This document shows positions 10,680 through 23,339 of a stretch of DNA of 64,000 bases, piece after piece. Origin of the DNA: Utricularia gibba (lineage: Eukaryota > Plantae > Magnoliophyta); assembly GCA_002189035.1 (NCBI GenBank), contig NEEC01000016.1, forward strand, positions 620,001 to 684,000, written 5' to 3'. Below the pieces are notes generated by a model that was not told the origin of the DNA, did not search any database, and worked only from the letters and a program-made list of their open reading frames with translations. How positions within the stretch are numbered: position 1 is the stretch's first letter; each line of letters begins with the position of its first letter. A program made the translations under genes and the position numbers.

Positions 10680-12852
10680 CTAGGGATCACTGGTACCAAC
10701 CCCCACAATTTCCTTGACATTGTTGATCATTTTCAGGACTTGCCACATGGTTGGCCTCTGCTCAGGAGACGTGGCGCTGCAGAAGCTGGAAACCTCAACC
10801 AGCATTCTAAGTCTCATATCATCCTCCCCCTCGTCGTCCCGCATTGCCCGGACCCAGTCCGACATGTCCGGTGGCTCCAGGAACGGGTGCTGGGAGGGGT
10901 GCTTCCCGGAAAGGAGCTCCAGAAGCAGGATTCCGAAGGAATACACGTCGGACTTTGGAGTTGGGAACTGGGAAGAGTTTCGAGTTTCGGGTGCCCTGTA
11001 CTTGGATGACTCTTGATCGTCGTCCGGGGAAGTGTTGACTGTGGGAGTGAGGCAGTAGTCGGCCAAGCAGGCCTCGAAATCTGACCCCAACAGAACATTG
11101 GAAGACTTGAGGTTGCCATGGATGAACCTTGATGCTTGATGGATGTAAGCCAGCCCCTTTGCTACATCCTCTGCGATTTTGAGGCACGATGTCCAGTGGA
11201 GAGGCTTCCCCTTCGCTGATCTTGAACCTGTACCAGGAACCAGTAGAAAACGATGTCCTTAGTTGTCACAAACTACAGTCTTTACTCAAACATTCAGGCT
11301 CGCATTTGCATCACAGACCCCATAAAACACACAGATATTGCTTTCGAGATCAAGCAATGGCACAGGCAAGACAAGTTTTTGCAGTGCCAGAGCTCCCATT
11401 TTGTAAACTAATATAAAGGGTGCATAGAAGAAGGCAAATCACTTGGTTGTGATCTCAGGAAGCTGAGAAAGCTTACCATGAATGAGATTGAACAAGCTTC
11501 CATTGGGTTGGTAATCATAAATGATCAATCTTTCTTGTTTGGCTCGGAAATAAGCTCTTAATGGAACCAAATTTGGGTGTCTGAGAACTCCAACGGATTC
11601 CATGTGTTGCTCAAAGGCTTCTTCACTTACAACGGCGGTTTTGCTTGAATCCAGTCTCTTCAAAGACACGGTTAATTGACTTCCCACCACAGCTTTGTAT
11701 GTCGTACCAATGGAGCCCCTTCCGAGAAGCTCAGCTGAAGCTTTCATCAGTTGCTCCAAAGTGTATTGCTCATCCTCCGCTGAAAAAAATATCAAATTCC
11801 CACCTGCAAAACGGTTGCGTACATTTCTCTTGACTCCAAAGATAGTGTTTTCAGGTTGGATTGATGAGAACGTGGCCGTTTCACATGGAGCTCTTACATC
11901 TGGAGTTCTTTCTTCTGCTTTGCGTTGAATCTGTTGTGTTTCTCCACTTTCCTCTCCTCTTCCTCTTCTTCTGAAAAGTGCAAATACACTTGAAAATGCA
12001 AGAATGAGAATCAGAGCTCCTGTGAAGAACCCAAGAAACAAGCCCACTTTTACACGATGTTTTCTTTGATCTGGAGAAGTATCATATGATTGCGCGTTTT
12101 GCATAAGGGGTGACGGAGGAGAAGGCAATGGGCGGTGGTGGCGGGGGAGGTGGAGTTGAAGAAATTGGCATCTCGACAAGGAACATTGATAACTTTCCCA
12201 CATAAGCCAGGATTATGCAGGAAGGAGAAAATGGTGAGCTTCTTCAAGGTTGGGTTAAAGGAATTTGGCCAGAAAGATTGTTATGCGAAACATTCAACAC
12301 TCTCAAATTCGTCTGATTCAACGGCGGAATAAACCCAGAAAACCGATTGAATTCGAGACGGAGAGATTCCAACAGAGGCAATCCCTTCAAGTTCTCCGGC
12401 AGAAGCCCGGTGAAGTTGTTATGAGAAAAGTCAAGAGCTTGCAGACGGTGGAGGAACAGGACAGACGGAGGAAATTCACCGGAAAAGTAATTCCGACCCA
12501 GTAACAAAGTCTTGAGATTAACAAGAGTCGAAAGGTCCGGTACAGGGCCGGTGAGCGAATTGTTCCTCAGATTCAGAACCCGGAGCTGGTCCAAGCGGCT
12601 GAGGGTGGCCGCCGCCACACCGCCCCGAAGCCCGAAGCTTTCTACATCGTAGCGAACGACGCGGCCTTGTACACATTTCACTCCCCGCCACTCACAGTGA
12701 TCGAAGGGCTCATTCATATTGTAGAGGAGGACGTTGTTCAAGTCCGCCGCCGCCTTAAAGCCCAGGAGGCCGACGGCGTCAGTTGGAAGAGCCGTCACTA
12801 AATGTGCGCTCCCACTGAGGAGTATCAGCTGTAGGAGAATCATAGCGAGCAT
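10680..12852 (-). CDS. LRR receptor-like kinase (LRR-III type, At5g67200-like, probably catalytically atypical), 2 exons, two apparent 1-bp deletions
   Basis: Signal peptide, LRRNT (C.WRGVKC), LxxLxLxxNxL repeats, NPGLCG cap, transmembrane helix, kinase domain with [11 protein letters not shown] and HGNLKSSN. Intron 11476-11228. Frames join by adding a base at 12252-12254 and at 12130-12132. Confidence 0.93.
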
Positions 12853-13841
12853 TTCTCGTCGCCGTCGTCGGAGCTCCCCGGCGGAGGAAAATGCGGAGCA
12901 GCTGGAAACCAGAAAGCTTTTTGAGAAGTGACAAAAGCACTGTTTTCCTTCGGTAATTAGGAAAGTAGCCAGATAAAAACAATGGAATGTGATGTAACAC
13001 AAATTTTGAAAACTAATCCCATTCTATTAAAATAAATTCTATTTCAATAAAATTAATTTTAATTTCTAAATAAGTATTTAATTTTTTTTACGAGAATGGA
13101 TTTTTGAGAATCAATTATTTACATAAAAAGTATGAGTAGATAACTTATTATATATATAATTTATTTATAATATCAATTTACATTTTTTTTTATCAAAATT
13201 TCATTTTGGAATTAGGTTTATACAGATTGTTAATTGACAACATAATAAATATTGATTTTAAGGATCAATTAATAATTTATTTATATTAAATATAATTTTT
13301 TAATAGTATTAGTAAAATATATCATTTATTTATAAAAATCATTTTTTTATTTTTTTTACATTATAAATATATATCAATTCTGATTTGATCAAATGTTCAA
13401 TTTTGTTAACATCATGATTTTTTCAAATGTAGTTTAAATATAATAATTAGATTTTTCAATAAATAAGATTTTATTTAAAAAAATTTAAAATATACTTTTT
13501 ATTTAATTTCATATGTTCTTTTTTATAAAATGTGACTAAATCACGATTTAATCTTTTTAAATCACAAATCGATGATGATATAATTTAGGTTAAATTCGAC
13601 ATAAATACAATTAAATCGCTTTAGGTCATGAATGATTAATACAAATGATTTATCATTTTTTGATCATTTAAATTAATCGATATATTGCATAAGTTGTTGT
13701 TACATCAATTATGTGTCGGCAAAATAGTATTTTCCAATTATTTGAGTTTTTTTAAGTAAAAACAAATATTATTTTATCTTCTTCATCTTTTTTAAAAGAT
13801 ACGGCTTCTTCCTAAACGGAACACAGTTTGGGAGTGTGGCC

Positions 13842-16017
13842 ATGGCTACCGACTTCAAGTCCCTGCCTTTAATTGGTAATCATCGATTTTCTTTAGCTTC
13901 GTTGCATTTTTTCGCGGTCGTGAGTTGGGTGCTGGATCTTTCGCTCCATGAATTGTTTGAATGGAAGTCTAGTTAGTTGTGTATAAGATTCGTTTGAGTG
14001 CCATGGCAGATATCAGGCCGCTAATGGAGAAATGGGAGTACCCAGACATGGAGAATGACAAGGAGGTAGCTGAAGTTGTACGGCAGTTGGACCTGGCTTG
14101 TAGAGAAGCTGGATTCTTTTATGTGGTAATTTAATTTTCCTCATCTTGTTGTCAACTTTTGAAAAAAACGTATTACTTCAGTGCTTGTTAGCTGATTCAA
14201 TCTCTTTGGTAATTCAAGTGTGGATCCGTCGTAGCAGCAGTTTTCTGCTATTTTCAGCTCATTTCTCTACACGAAAGCAAAATGTTACATTTCCACTTTG
14301 CATGGCGAGGAAATTGATTAGTGATAGAAGGTTTTGAGTAATGGCTTTCACACTGGGAGTAATGACTACAGTTTCTGTGGCAAGTTTGATGTTTCAGAGC
14401 TGAAAAACTTGTTTTGTTTAGAGAGTAGGATGATGCCCGGTGAATCATTTTGATTCTTTATTTTTAACTGTCTTCAGAAGGGCCATGGGATTCCTGATAC
14501 TCTAATCAAACAAATCAGGAGCATTGCTCGTGAGTTTTTCCATTTACCTTACGAAGAAAAGCTCAATATAAAACTTTCAGCAGCGACAGGTTTCAGGTTA
14601 TTACAGTTCACCATCAATCTATCGTTTCATATGGTTGTATTTAATAAAGGGGTGCTGAATTCAGAGGATATCAACGCGTTGGAGAAAACATTACAAAGGG
14701 TGTGCCAGATATGCAAGAAGCCATCGATGTAAGTAATGATTCTCATCCTGTTTGTAGTGTTTCTCCGTATAATTTGTATGGATTGCTTTCACTTGTCAGT
14801 GCTACAGAGAAGTGAAACCTGGAACCTATGGGAGTCTTGGTGAAGTTATGGAAGGATGTAACAAATGGTACCTGCTTGTTGTTGCTCATCTGGGACGTGG
14901 AAAATTTAAGAACATTGCTTCTAAATGTTTTATACATTTATTTACCTGCAGGCCAAATGATCCTCCAAATTTCAAAGTTCTTATGGAAGAGTATATCAAC
15001 CTCTGTACAGGTGCAGTGCTAGTAAATATGAGTCTGCTTCAAGGCGATTCACTTGGTAATGAATGTTGTGATCCAGATCTGTCGAGAAAAATAATGGGGG
15101 GAATAGCATTAGCACTTGGCGAAGCAGTTGATGCCTTTGAGGGGAAGGTTGCTGGTGATCCGTTTTGGGTACTTCGCATCATCGGATATCCAGTTTCTCG
15201 CAAAGAAAACAACAGTCTAGATGCAGTTGCTGCCGAGGATGACATCGGATGGTAATGCTTTGATTTACATCTTCCTTCCCAGTCCCCAGACTTTAACTGT
15301 TTCTAATGCACTTTACTTTGTTCCCACACTGCTCATTGATCGACTTCAGTGGAGCTCACACAGACTATGGTACTCATTCATCCAAACTTCATTCAACTTG
15401 CTCAATCTGCACTCCATCTCTATTCACTTTCGTTTGCAGGTTTGCTCACATTAGTTAATCAAGATGATGATATAACAGCTCTGGAGGTATCCCCATGTCT
15501 CATTGAATTTCATCTCTTTCTTCATGTCACGCATGAACTTTATCTTGAACATTTGAAGGTGAGAAACAGCAAAGGGGAATGGATATCAGCAGCTCCTGTC
15601 CCCGGCGCCTTTGTCTGCAACATTGGTGACATGCTAAAGGTACCATCAATCCATCATGCATCATACCTCAAACCCCATTCATGTTCTGATGCCTTTCCAG
15701 ATCTTAACCAATGGTTTATACGAGTCGACTCTGCATCGGGTCATCAACAAAACTTCAAAATATCGTGTCTGTGTTGCGTATTTCTTCGAGGTTAGCTGGC
15801 CATCCGTTGAATCAAATCCCCTACATTTTGCTACTCATATGTATGTATATGTCTGTCTGATTCCATATTTGCATTGATGATCAACTAGCCGAACTTCGAC
15901 TCCGCCATAGAACCACTGGATTCATGCGTGGAGAAAACTGGTGGCAGCAAGAAGCTGCAAGCAGCTGTTTATGGGAAGCATCTGGTCGGTAAAGTGCTGA
16001 CCAACTTCGTTCTGTAG
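13842..16017 (+). CDS. 2-oxoglutarate/Fe(II)-dependent dioxygenase (At3g50210 / DIN11-like clade), about 11 exons
   Basis: [13 protein letters not shown]...[15 protein letters not shown]...[22 protein letters not shown]...GAHTDYG (HxD)...[43 protein letters not shown]. Confidence 0.92.
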
Positions 16018-16068
16018 AGCTCCTTCCCATTACCACGATTACACCATTTCCCCCCCAGTCCCCCTGTC

Positions 16069-16295
16069 TTCTGGCTTGTCTTATTCTGTGTGCAAGGCAT
16101 GATTCCTATGGTGAGGATTCTTCCAAAGACTCCCACAGCAGCGGATGCCATGGCAATCCCATGTCGAGGTCATTCATTCCGGTTGTGTGGTATAGCTTCT
16201 CAAGAAGCACTTTTCTGGTTTGTATCATTTTGTGTGTAATGTATGATTCCTATTGGTGATGATTCTTCCAAAGACTCAAACAGCAGCGGATGCCA
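16069..16295. repeat. Imperfect direct duplication with 144-bp offset in the 3' flank of the dioxygenase
   Basis: ATGATTCCTATGGTGAGGATTCTTCCAAAGACTCCCACAGCAGCGGATGCCA (16099-16150) vs ATGATTCCTATTGGTGATGATTCTTCCAAAGACTCAAACAGCAGCGGATGCCA (16243-16295); weaker similarity extends about 30 bp upstream. Confidence 0.85.
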
Positions 16296-16710
16296 CTGTG
16301 AGTATGACATTCCCACATCATGATCATTGAAATGTTTAAATCAAACACGAAGAAGAATGAAAGATTAAAATCTAAAATATGTAAAATGTTGTTTTAAAGG
16401 ATTTTATAATTTTTTAGAGTTTAATAGGTTCTTGAGAATTATTCATCTCAGTTTCAGAAATCAATCGAATATATGCGTAAATTTTAAATTCTAATGGACT
16501 TGAAATAAAACGAAGTAAAACATAAATTTGAGTTGTACACACACGATAAGATTTTGGGGTGGGTTTGCACTCACCCTGTACATAGTCATTTGGTATCTCA
16601 TATAAATTAATTGAAATTGACCTTCAACTAATAATGTGAAATTGACAACCACTTTATTCAATACAATATTCCAACACGAAATACAATTAGATGTAATCAA
16701 TGTTGGAGTT

Positions 16711-17995
16711 TCATGGTTCAACTACAACTTTTCCGGTAGCATGGCCTTCGATTGCCTTTCTCCAACCTTGTTCTGCATCACTCAAAGAATGCCGGGAATG
16801 AACGACACTTTTCAGCTTCCCCGCTTCCATCAGTTTGACAAGAGTTTTCAGATCTTCATCGTCCTTCGGGCCCAGAAGATGTGGCACCAGTTTCTTCTTA
16901 GCGAAGGTCACTTTCTTGATCACGAACCGCAGCATCGTCGCCACCCGGGAGTAAGATCGACTGCAACACTGCTGTCGTTCACCACCGCCTCGAAAACCGA
17001 CCACGGAACCGCGGCGGCGCAGTGAATCACGACGTCGTACTTCTTGCCGGATGGGCTCTTCAGGGACGCGCCTGCGGGTTCAGTTAATCAGGGAAGAGCG
17101 CATTTACAATGAGAGGTGCGAAGAGTGACCACCTTGTGGAGATTTGTAGTCTAGAACTTCGTCTGCTCCAAGGCTTCTTACCAGATCCAGATTCCGGGCA
17201 CCGCAGGTGGCGGTGACGTGATGGTTACCCAGCTTGGCGAGCTGGACGGCGTAGTGTCCCACGCCGCCGGAGGCGGCGGTGATCAGAACGTTTTTCGGGT
17301 GCCCTGTTTCATCCAGTTTCAGGCCGGCTGATTGGATTAGGGCCCTGTAGGCAGTTTCGGCCGCGATCGGAAGCCCACTTGCTTCGACAGCTCCGACGTT
17401 AGGTGGCCGGAGGACTGTCAAAGCTTCCTTTGCCACCGCATACTCCGACAATCCACCTCCCCTCTGTTTTTTTTTCATTTGCAAAATTTAATTAGTGTTT
17501 TAATTTATACATTCAAAATTCCAGAAAAAAAGATTAATTCTGAGGCTCACGAAGAAATTCAGATGAGCGACGACTCTGTCTCCGGGAACGAACTTCTTGA
17601 CACCGGCGCCGACCTCTACCACCTCTCCGGCGACATCCGTGGCTGTGTGTGTTGCCGACGCAGCTGACTAAATCAAAAACTGAAAATAAAAAAAATAAAA
17701 ATTGCAATTCTTTTCACCAGGAACAAGTGAAGATCCGGGAGCAAACAGAAGCCTCCAAAGGGCCCTCAGCCTGTAGGCTTTCCAGTCGACAGGATTCAAG
17801 CTCGCAGCTTCCACTCTCACCACAACCTCATCCCTCCCAGCCTTCGGGATCGGCACTCGTACGTGCTGCAAAGACAAGCAGAATGTACAGCACCCAAACC
17901 CGAATAAGATTTTCCAGGAAAACTACACTACACCTCTTACGCACTTTCAGAGAAATAACCCCATTCAGAGAGCGATCGTAAGCGACGGCGTTCAT
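16711..17995 (-). CDS. ceQORH: Chloroplast envelope quinone oxidoreductase homolog (MDR superfamily), apparent 1-bp deletion at 16944-16946
   Basis: EAASLNPVDWK, ATDVAGEVVEVG, NVLITAASGGVGHYAVQLAKL, LGADEVLDYK, SPSGKKYDVVIHC, GHATGKVVVEP*. Confidence 0.92.
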
Positions 17996-18475
17996 CGGAC
18001 GGGTTCCCACAAACTTGGGTTCACCAGTCTGCACCCCAGAGAAGGATATATAACCAGGAAGGATTGTAGAATTTTCTTTCCGGCGAGCACAGCAGCGACC
18101 AACTGATGGATGATGTTGAAATTCAGGACTCTTCTCCACCGCGCGACCGTTCTCCACCGCAGAACCGGCTCGGTGCTCCTCCACGACACCTTGGAAATTT
18201 CCCTACAGTAGATAAAAATAAACACTTTTTTTATAGACATAATAGCGATCCTGACTGACTTAAAATATATATTTTTTATTTCAAAACTAATTTTTAATAT
18301 TTCAAATCAATGTTTGAACTGAAACAGTATGATTTGATTCTAATTTAATTTAAAATTTATGATTTTGATTTTGAACTGAAATTGAATTGGATATCGAACT
18401 ATAGTATATGAAATTCAATGAAACCAATCGATTCCAAATGGAAATCGATTAGTTTAGAAACCCATCACAACATTA

Positions 18476-18708
18476 AAACAATGTTCTGAAAAATTTTTAA
18501 ACTTTAATTTTATTTTTTAAAAATAAAAATAATTTTGTTCTAGAACATAAATAAAATTAATTTTATTAAAAAATATTTTTAAAATTATACTACAAAAATT
18601 ATTTTTATAAAATTAATGAATATGTTACTTCTACTTTTAATTCTTACTTTTCTAAAATAATTTTTGAAAATTAAAAATATATTCCAAAAATTTTTAAGAA
18701 CATTGTTT
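18476..18708. mobile_element. AT-rich MITE-like element with 23-bp terminal inverted repeats
   Basis: AAACAATGTTCTGAAAAATTTTT (18476-18498) matches the reverse complement of 18686-18708 at 22/23; no ORF; target-site duplication not clear. Confidence 0.6.
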
Positions 18709-19124
18709 AATTTTGTAACTTGACTTTTGTTATAAGAATTAAGCTAATTATAAAAGGGAATTCATCCCAAATCTTTATTTTAATTAATAATAGATTTAAA
18801 ATATTTATGTTTAAATAAATATACTTTGCATTTTAAAATATGTTTGGAAATATTATTATATATTTATTCACAATAGATATAAAAAAGATTTAAAAAAAAT
18901 CATACGCAATAAATGTTAAAATAAATATGATTAATGTTTTACAAATTAAACGTGTATTAAAGTGGGCCGGCCCATTTTCTACTGGGTCACACAAATTGGA
19001 TTTCAGCCCAAAAGAGAAGTTGCTCGGAGGGTAAAAATGTCACGTCCTCGGAAACTGATCTGGAAGGCCGAAAGCTGTCCTGGCAAAATCATCATTTCAT
19101 CTCGTTCACGTAGGAGGCTGGGAA

Positions 19125-20886
19125 ATGCATTCGCTTCCTGCTACTGGATTTCTTCTGAAGTTCACGCCGTCGTTTCGTTGCGGTAAAGAGAGGTATAATG
19201 GATTCTCGGTTCCATTTGCTGTATTCTCTGCCCAGAAAGCCTCACCTCCTTCTCCTGGTAATTGGTCCTTTAGTTGTTTTGGATGTCTTTTCTTTTATTC
19301 CTTTCCTAGACCTTGCTTGTTGTTGATGATGGTAGTAGATTGCGTCGAGGATGACGACCTCTTGAAGGCTTTCATGAGAGAAAGGAAGTTGAATGGGGAC
19401 TGGGTGACCAAGGTCTGTGATGGGATTTGGGAGAGGGGCACCATTCCGAGTTCATTACTTGTGGGTGAATTTGACAGCCTTGCTGATATTGCAGAGCTTG
19501 AGTCTGGGAAGTCGTTGGAGGTATGCCATTCAGTCCCTTGTGTCAGCATTGTCGTATATATGCATCATTTTCTTATGTCTGATTATATCCATATGAATCA
19601 AACCCATCCAATGGACTAGAAGATTTCCTTCAGGGTATACAACTTAGCTTCAGCTTCTGTCATCAGTACTTTTTATGCGCACCAGTTGAATGTAGTATGG
19701 GAAAATTAAAGAATTCATTTGAGGGATGGTGTCCGGATTGATAGCCTCTAATGGATCATATCCATTGCAGGCTGGGTTGTTGTGATTCGCGGAAGAAAAT
19801 AGATTTGCTGATGTAGAAAATTGAGCAATATGTAGTTACAGTGTTCTTTTTGCTGTGTTCAGGAACTTCAATATGACAGCGAATCCCGTAGACGGCTGAA
19901 TTTTCTGAGATATGAAGCTGTAAGTTTTACGCCGTATGTATTTGCATATCTCCTAGACACTGGCTTGATTCCTTAATGAAATGTACTTGGTACATGCAGC
20001 TTAAGAAGGAGCTGCTACTTTTGACTGTGGGAATTGGAACTGCTTGTACTGGATACTGTCTGATAACCTTGTCTGTTCAGGTTAGATGGGATCAATTCTC
20101 TGTTTCTGATTCTGTCTGTTTCTAAAACTACCGATACAGTTTACAAGCACCGGGCTGCGGTTCACGTACGACTAACTCTCCCTGATTTCCATTAGGCTTC
20201 AGTGAGCTATGCAATTGGAGTGCTTTTTAGGTGAGCTTTGTTGAGCTTATGAGTTCAATCAGTTAATGGTTTGTTAAGCTGGTGACCCTGATGTTCTTTT
20301 CCCTTTCAGCTTGCTCTACTTCCATCTACTCTGCAAACATGCAGACAGCATCTCTAGAGAATCAGTACCTGGGATTTTTAAGAAAACCAAGTCCAAAAAG
20401 TACTGAACCCAGGCTTGATTTGTGCCATCTGTTTTAGTTTCAGCTCGAGTATAGAAGTCGAGCCAAATTTAGTGGCTCCATTTCTGTACAAGAGGTGACC
20501 GCTATGATATATGCTAATGTTGGCATTGTACCAGAATCGGAATAAGGAGTGAGGACATTGCAAATGTGTTTGAGACTACTGTGAAAGGTAGCGGCCTCGC
20601 TTTATCATCTCCGAGGCTCGTAATTCCTGCTGCAATATATGCCCTCTGGGGATTTTCTCGGCATTTTTCGCATGAAATTTTCGATTTCCAGGTTATGATT
20701 CATCACCTTGAGCTACATTATGAACATGGGGTGATCTTTTGATTCTTATTTCTGGTGGTTATTCAGCAGGTTGTTCCAGCGATGATGGGTCTCTTTGCAT
20801 ACAAAGCAGCAGCATTGGTACAGGTTTATAGAGACAATGAAGATCTCAAGTTCATCTTCCCCGAGACTGAAGATGAGTTCCAGTGA
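19125..20886 (+). CDS. Uncharacterised, probably plastid membrane protein with a CGL160/Atp1(UncI)-like C-terminal domain
   Basis: Transit-peptide-like N-terminus; spliced C-terminus LKKELLLLTVGIG..ASVSYAIGVLFSLLYFHLL..SSPRLVIPAA..VPAMMGLFAYKAAALVQ follows the CGL160 pattern (FLTLGIG / PRLLVP / IPMLVGFFTYKIA). GT-AG introns in frame. The gene is well supported; the family call is weaker. Confidence 0.72.
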
Positions 20887-21375
20887 TCGGAATGCTCAAG
20901 GTTTCCACACTGGCTCAGTAAGCTGTACATGTAACAGAGAAACCCTTTGGAAGGAAAAAGATGCAACTTTTGAGCTTTAATAGATAAACCAAACCTGAAG
21001 TACTCCAACCACCACCCTGTATTCTATTCCAAAATTCTACACCAGTGTATTGTTTTTGCCTTTTTATGGATTTTCCAATGCCGAGGAGCTGCCATACAAC
21101 AGGGCGTTGCAGATCGGGCGCGAAGGATAAACAATATGTTGTGAAAAAAAAAAGAATACACAAAAAACTCCCAAGGCAACTTTATTGAAACACAGACCAT
21201 GAAAGCAGTAGACGATAGCCAAGTACCTAAACAACAGGTAACCGGAAGTTGAAACAACACCAACTCAAGCTACGAAGAATAAGCAGAGTGTCATTTGCAG
21301 CGGACTCCAGCATAAGCACATGATGCTTCAAGTTCATCAGAAGGCCAGGCCCTTGATCAAGTGAGAGCATGATCC

Positions 21376-21840
21376 TCAGTAGAGATCCTTCTCCTTGTGT
21401 GTGTGGATCACACAGTCGGATGTTGGATAGGCGATGCAGGTGAGGACGTACCCCTGCTCCACCTGATTCTCGTCAAGAAATGAGCCATCCGACTGGTCGA
21501 CTGAACCAGAAGCTATCTTCCCAGCACAGGTGGAGCAGGCTCCAGCACGGCAGGAGTATGGGAGTTCAATTCCAGCAGTCTCAGCAGCATCAAGAAGGTA
21601 TTGATCATCTGGTGCATCGAATTCGGACTCCTCACCTTTGTCGTTAATCAGTTTCACCTTGTATGATGTGGCCATGGCTGAAGCTTTGAACTCAGACTTC
21701 GGCTTCAATCTAAAGGATCTGGTAATGCTTTTCACTGATCCAAGGGATGATGTGCTTGTGCCCCTCTTTAACAAGGCAACTGGGATTCGGGTGGGCTGGG
21801 AAACTCCAAACACAGAGGTTGGAATGCATGGAGCCGCCAT
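21376..21840 (-). CDS. Root-type (non-photosynthetic) plastid [2Fe-2S] ferredoxin, Fd3-like; coding region intronless, probable 5' UTR intron
   Basis: Transit peptide followed by [61 protein letters not shown]. Confidence 0.96.
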   Translation of the reverse strand: MAAPCIPTSVFGVSQPTRIPVALLKRGTSTSSLGSVKSITRSFRLKPKSEFKASAMATSYKVKLINDKGEESEFDAPDDQYLLDAAETAGIELPYSCRAGACSTCAGKIASGSVDQSDGSFLDENQVEQGYVLTCIAYPTSDCVIHTHKEKDLY

Positions 21841-23339
21841 TCCTCCTGCGAAATGAGCTATAGGATGCTGCTACATTATTCTTAGAGTATGATAGAGAAA
21901 CAATTACCGTGACAAACAATTAAAAAAAGCAAGCACCAGATTGCAACAAACCAAAGAAGCTTTGGCACAATATGAACAGAAGAAAGAAAAAAGACGTGCT
22001 CCGTTACTAGAAACAACCATTCAATGTTAAGAAAATGGGCTGCAGATTTACATGCATACGCAGCTTAAAAGATCTTTGCACTGCTAGTAAGAGCATTCAT
22101 GAAATGGTGGTATCCCGTTGTTGCGACGGGCTCAAATCACATAGTTCTCGGAATTCAGTCAAGCAGGGAAATGACCACAAAAAGTTACTCCATTCATCAT
22201 GCAACACTCACTGATATCTCCAAAGAATTCAACATAAATTACGAGTACTACATAAGAAATATCCAACTTCTGACGCTGGAAGTTTCCTTTAAAGAATGAA
22301 AGAAAAACGGAAAAGGAATCATTTCTCAGATAAAGACCTCGGAGCAAAAGTTTCCCGAATCGTCAGAAAGAATCAATTTTTCCTAAAGAGTTCTCGTTAC
22401 ACTTCAACAAGAATCGTCTAAAAAGAAAGAGAAACGACAACTGAAAGAAGATTGGTGAAAAGATCGAAAACTGAACAGGAAACCCAGCAGGTGTTCAACT
22501 GAACTGTTCTTTCGTTTCAGGAAAAAAAACCCAACGAAGAATGAACGAAACAATATTCAGCACAATCAAATCGTTTACAACAACAAAAGCCTCGGTGACG
22601 CCGATGCAGTATTCACGAACCTGAAGTGGACAGCGCTCAAAGTTTCCAAGTCCGAACAACAGCAACCCTGCTTCTGGAAAGAGACTCGGAAACCTAACCC
22701 TGCCTTATAAAGCCGAATTTTTTTTGGTGGATCCGCCACCCCGGGCCGGGCTTCGCTGGCCAAACTATGCGGGTAGTGATAAACCTTCCTGTTTCATAAA
22801 TCGGGGCGACTTAGAACCGGTGCGAGTGGAAAAAGGCAGCTTTGGGTTCGGGTAAGAGCCAAAAGTCACTGCACTCCAAGCCCACTGACTTCTAGTACCA
22901 CCCAAGAGGCAGTCACTACAGCTACATTCTTTTCCTTCGTTCTTTTGTAGTTCAATCTGATCTTCTTGGGTTGTGTGTATCCTGTAACTAGAAAGCCCTT
23001 CTGCTGAGCTGAGCAAATACAGTAGTATGAAATCTAGGCATCAATGGCTGTGGAGCAGAGAGAGGTATGGGTTATGGCTTATAGATGCAATGGATGTCTA
23101 CCAAGTAGCTTGCATTTGCACACAAAGCAAGTAAATATGACTTGATACATCAGCAGTTCTGACACCAAAGCAGAGCAAACAATGTATTTGCAACAACACT
23201 CATGTCTAATCATACATAATGCTGCAAGTGTATGTGGTAGTTATACACTTTCATTCCAGGGAATTGAACTACTTACAGCACAGCACAGCAGCAGCATCAA
23301 GAAGAATGGATTTCTGGGATGAATGAATATGAAGACCAA

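Noticed and set aside
18000-18184. N-terminal extension of ceQORH from the ORF track
   Set aside because: It begins at GTG and crosses an intron-like segment; homologues start near MNAVAY (17995).
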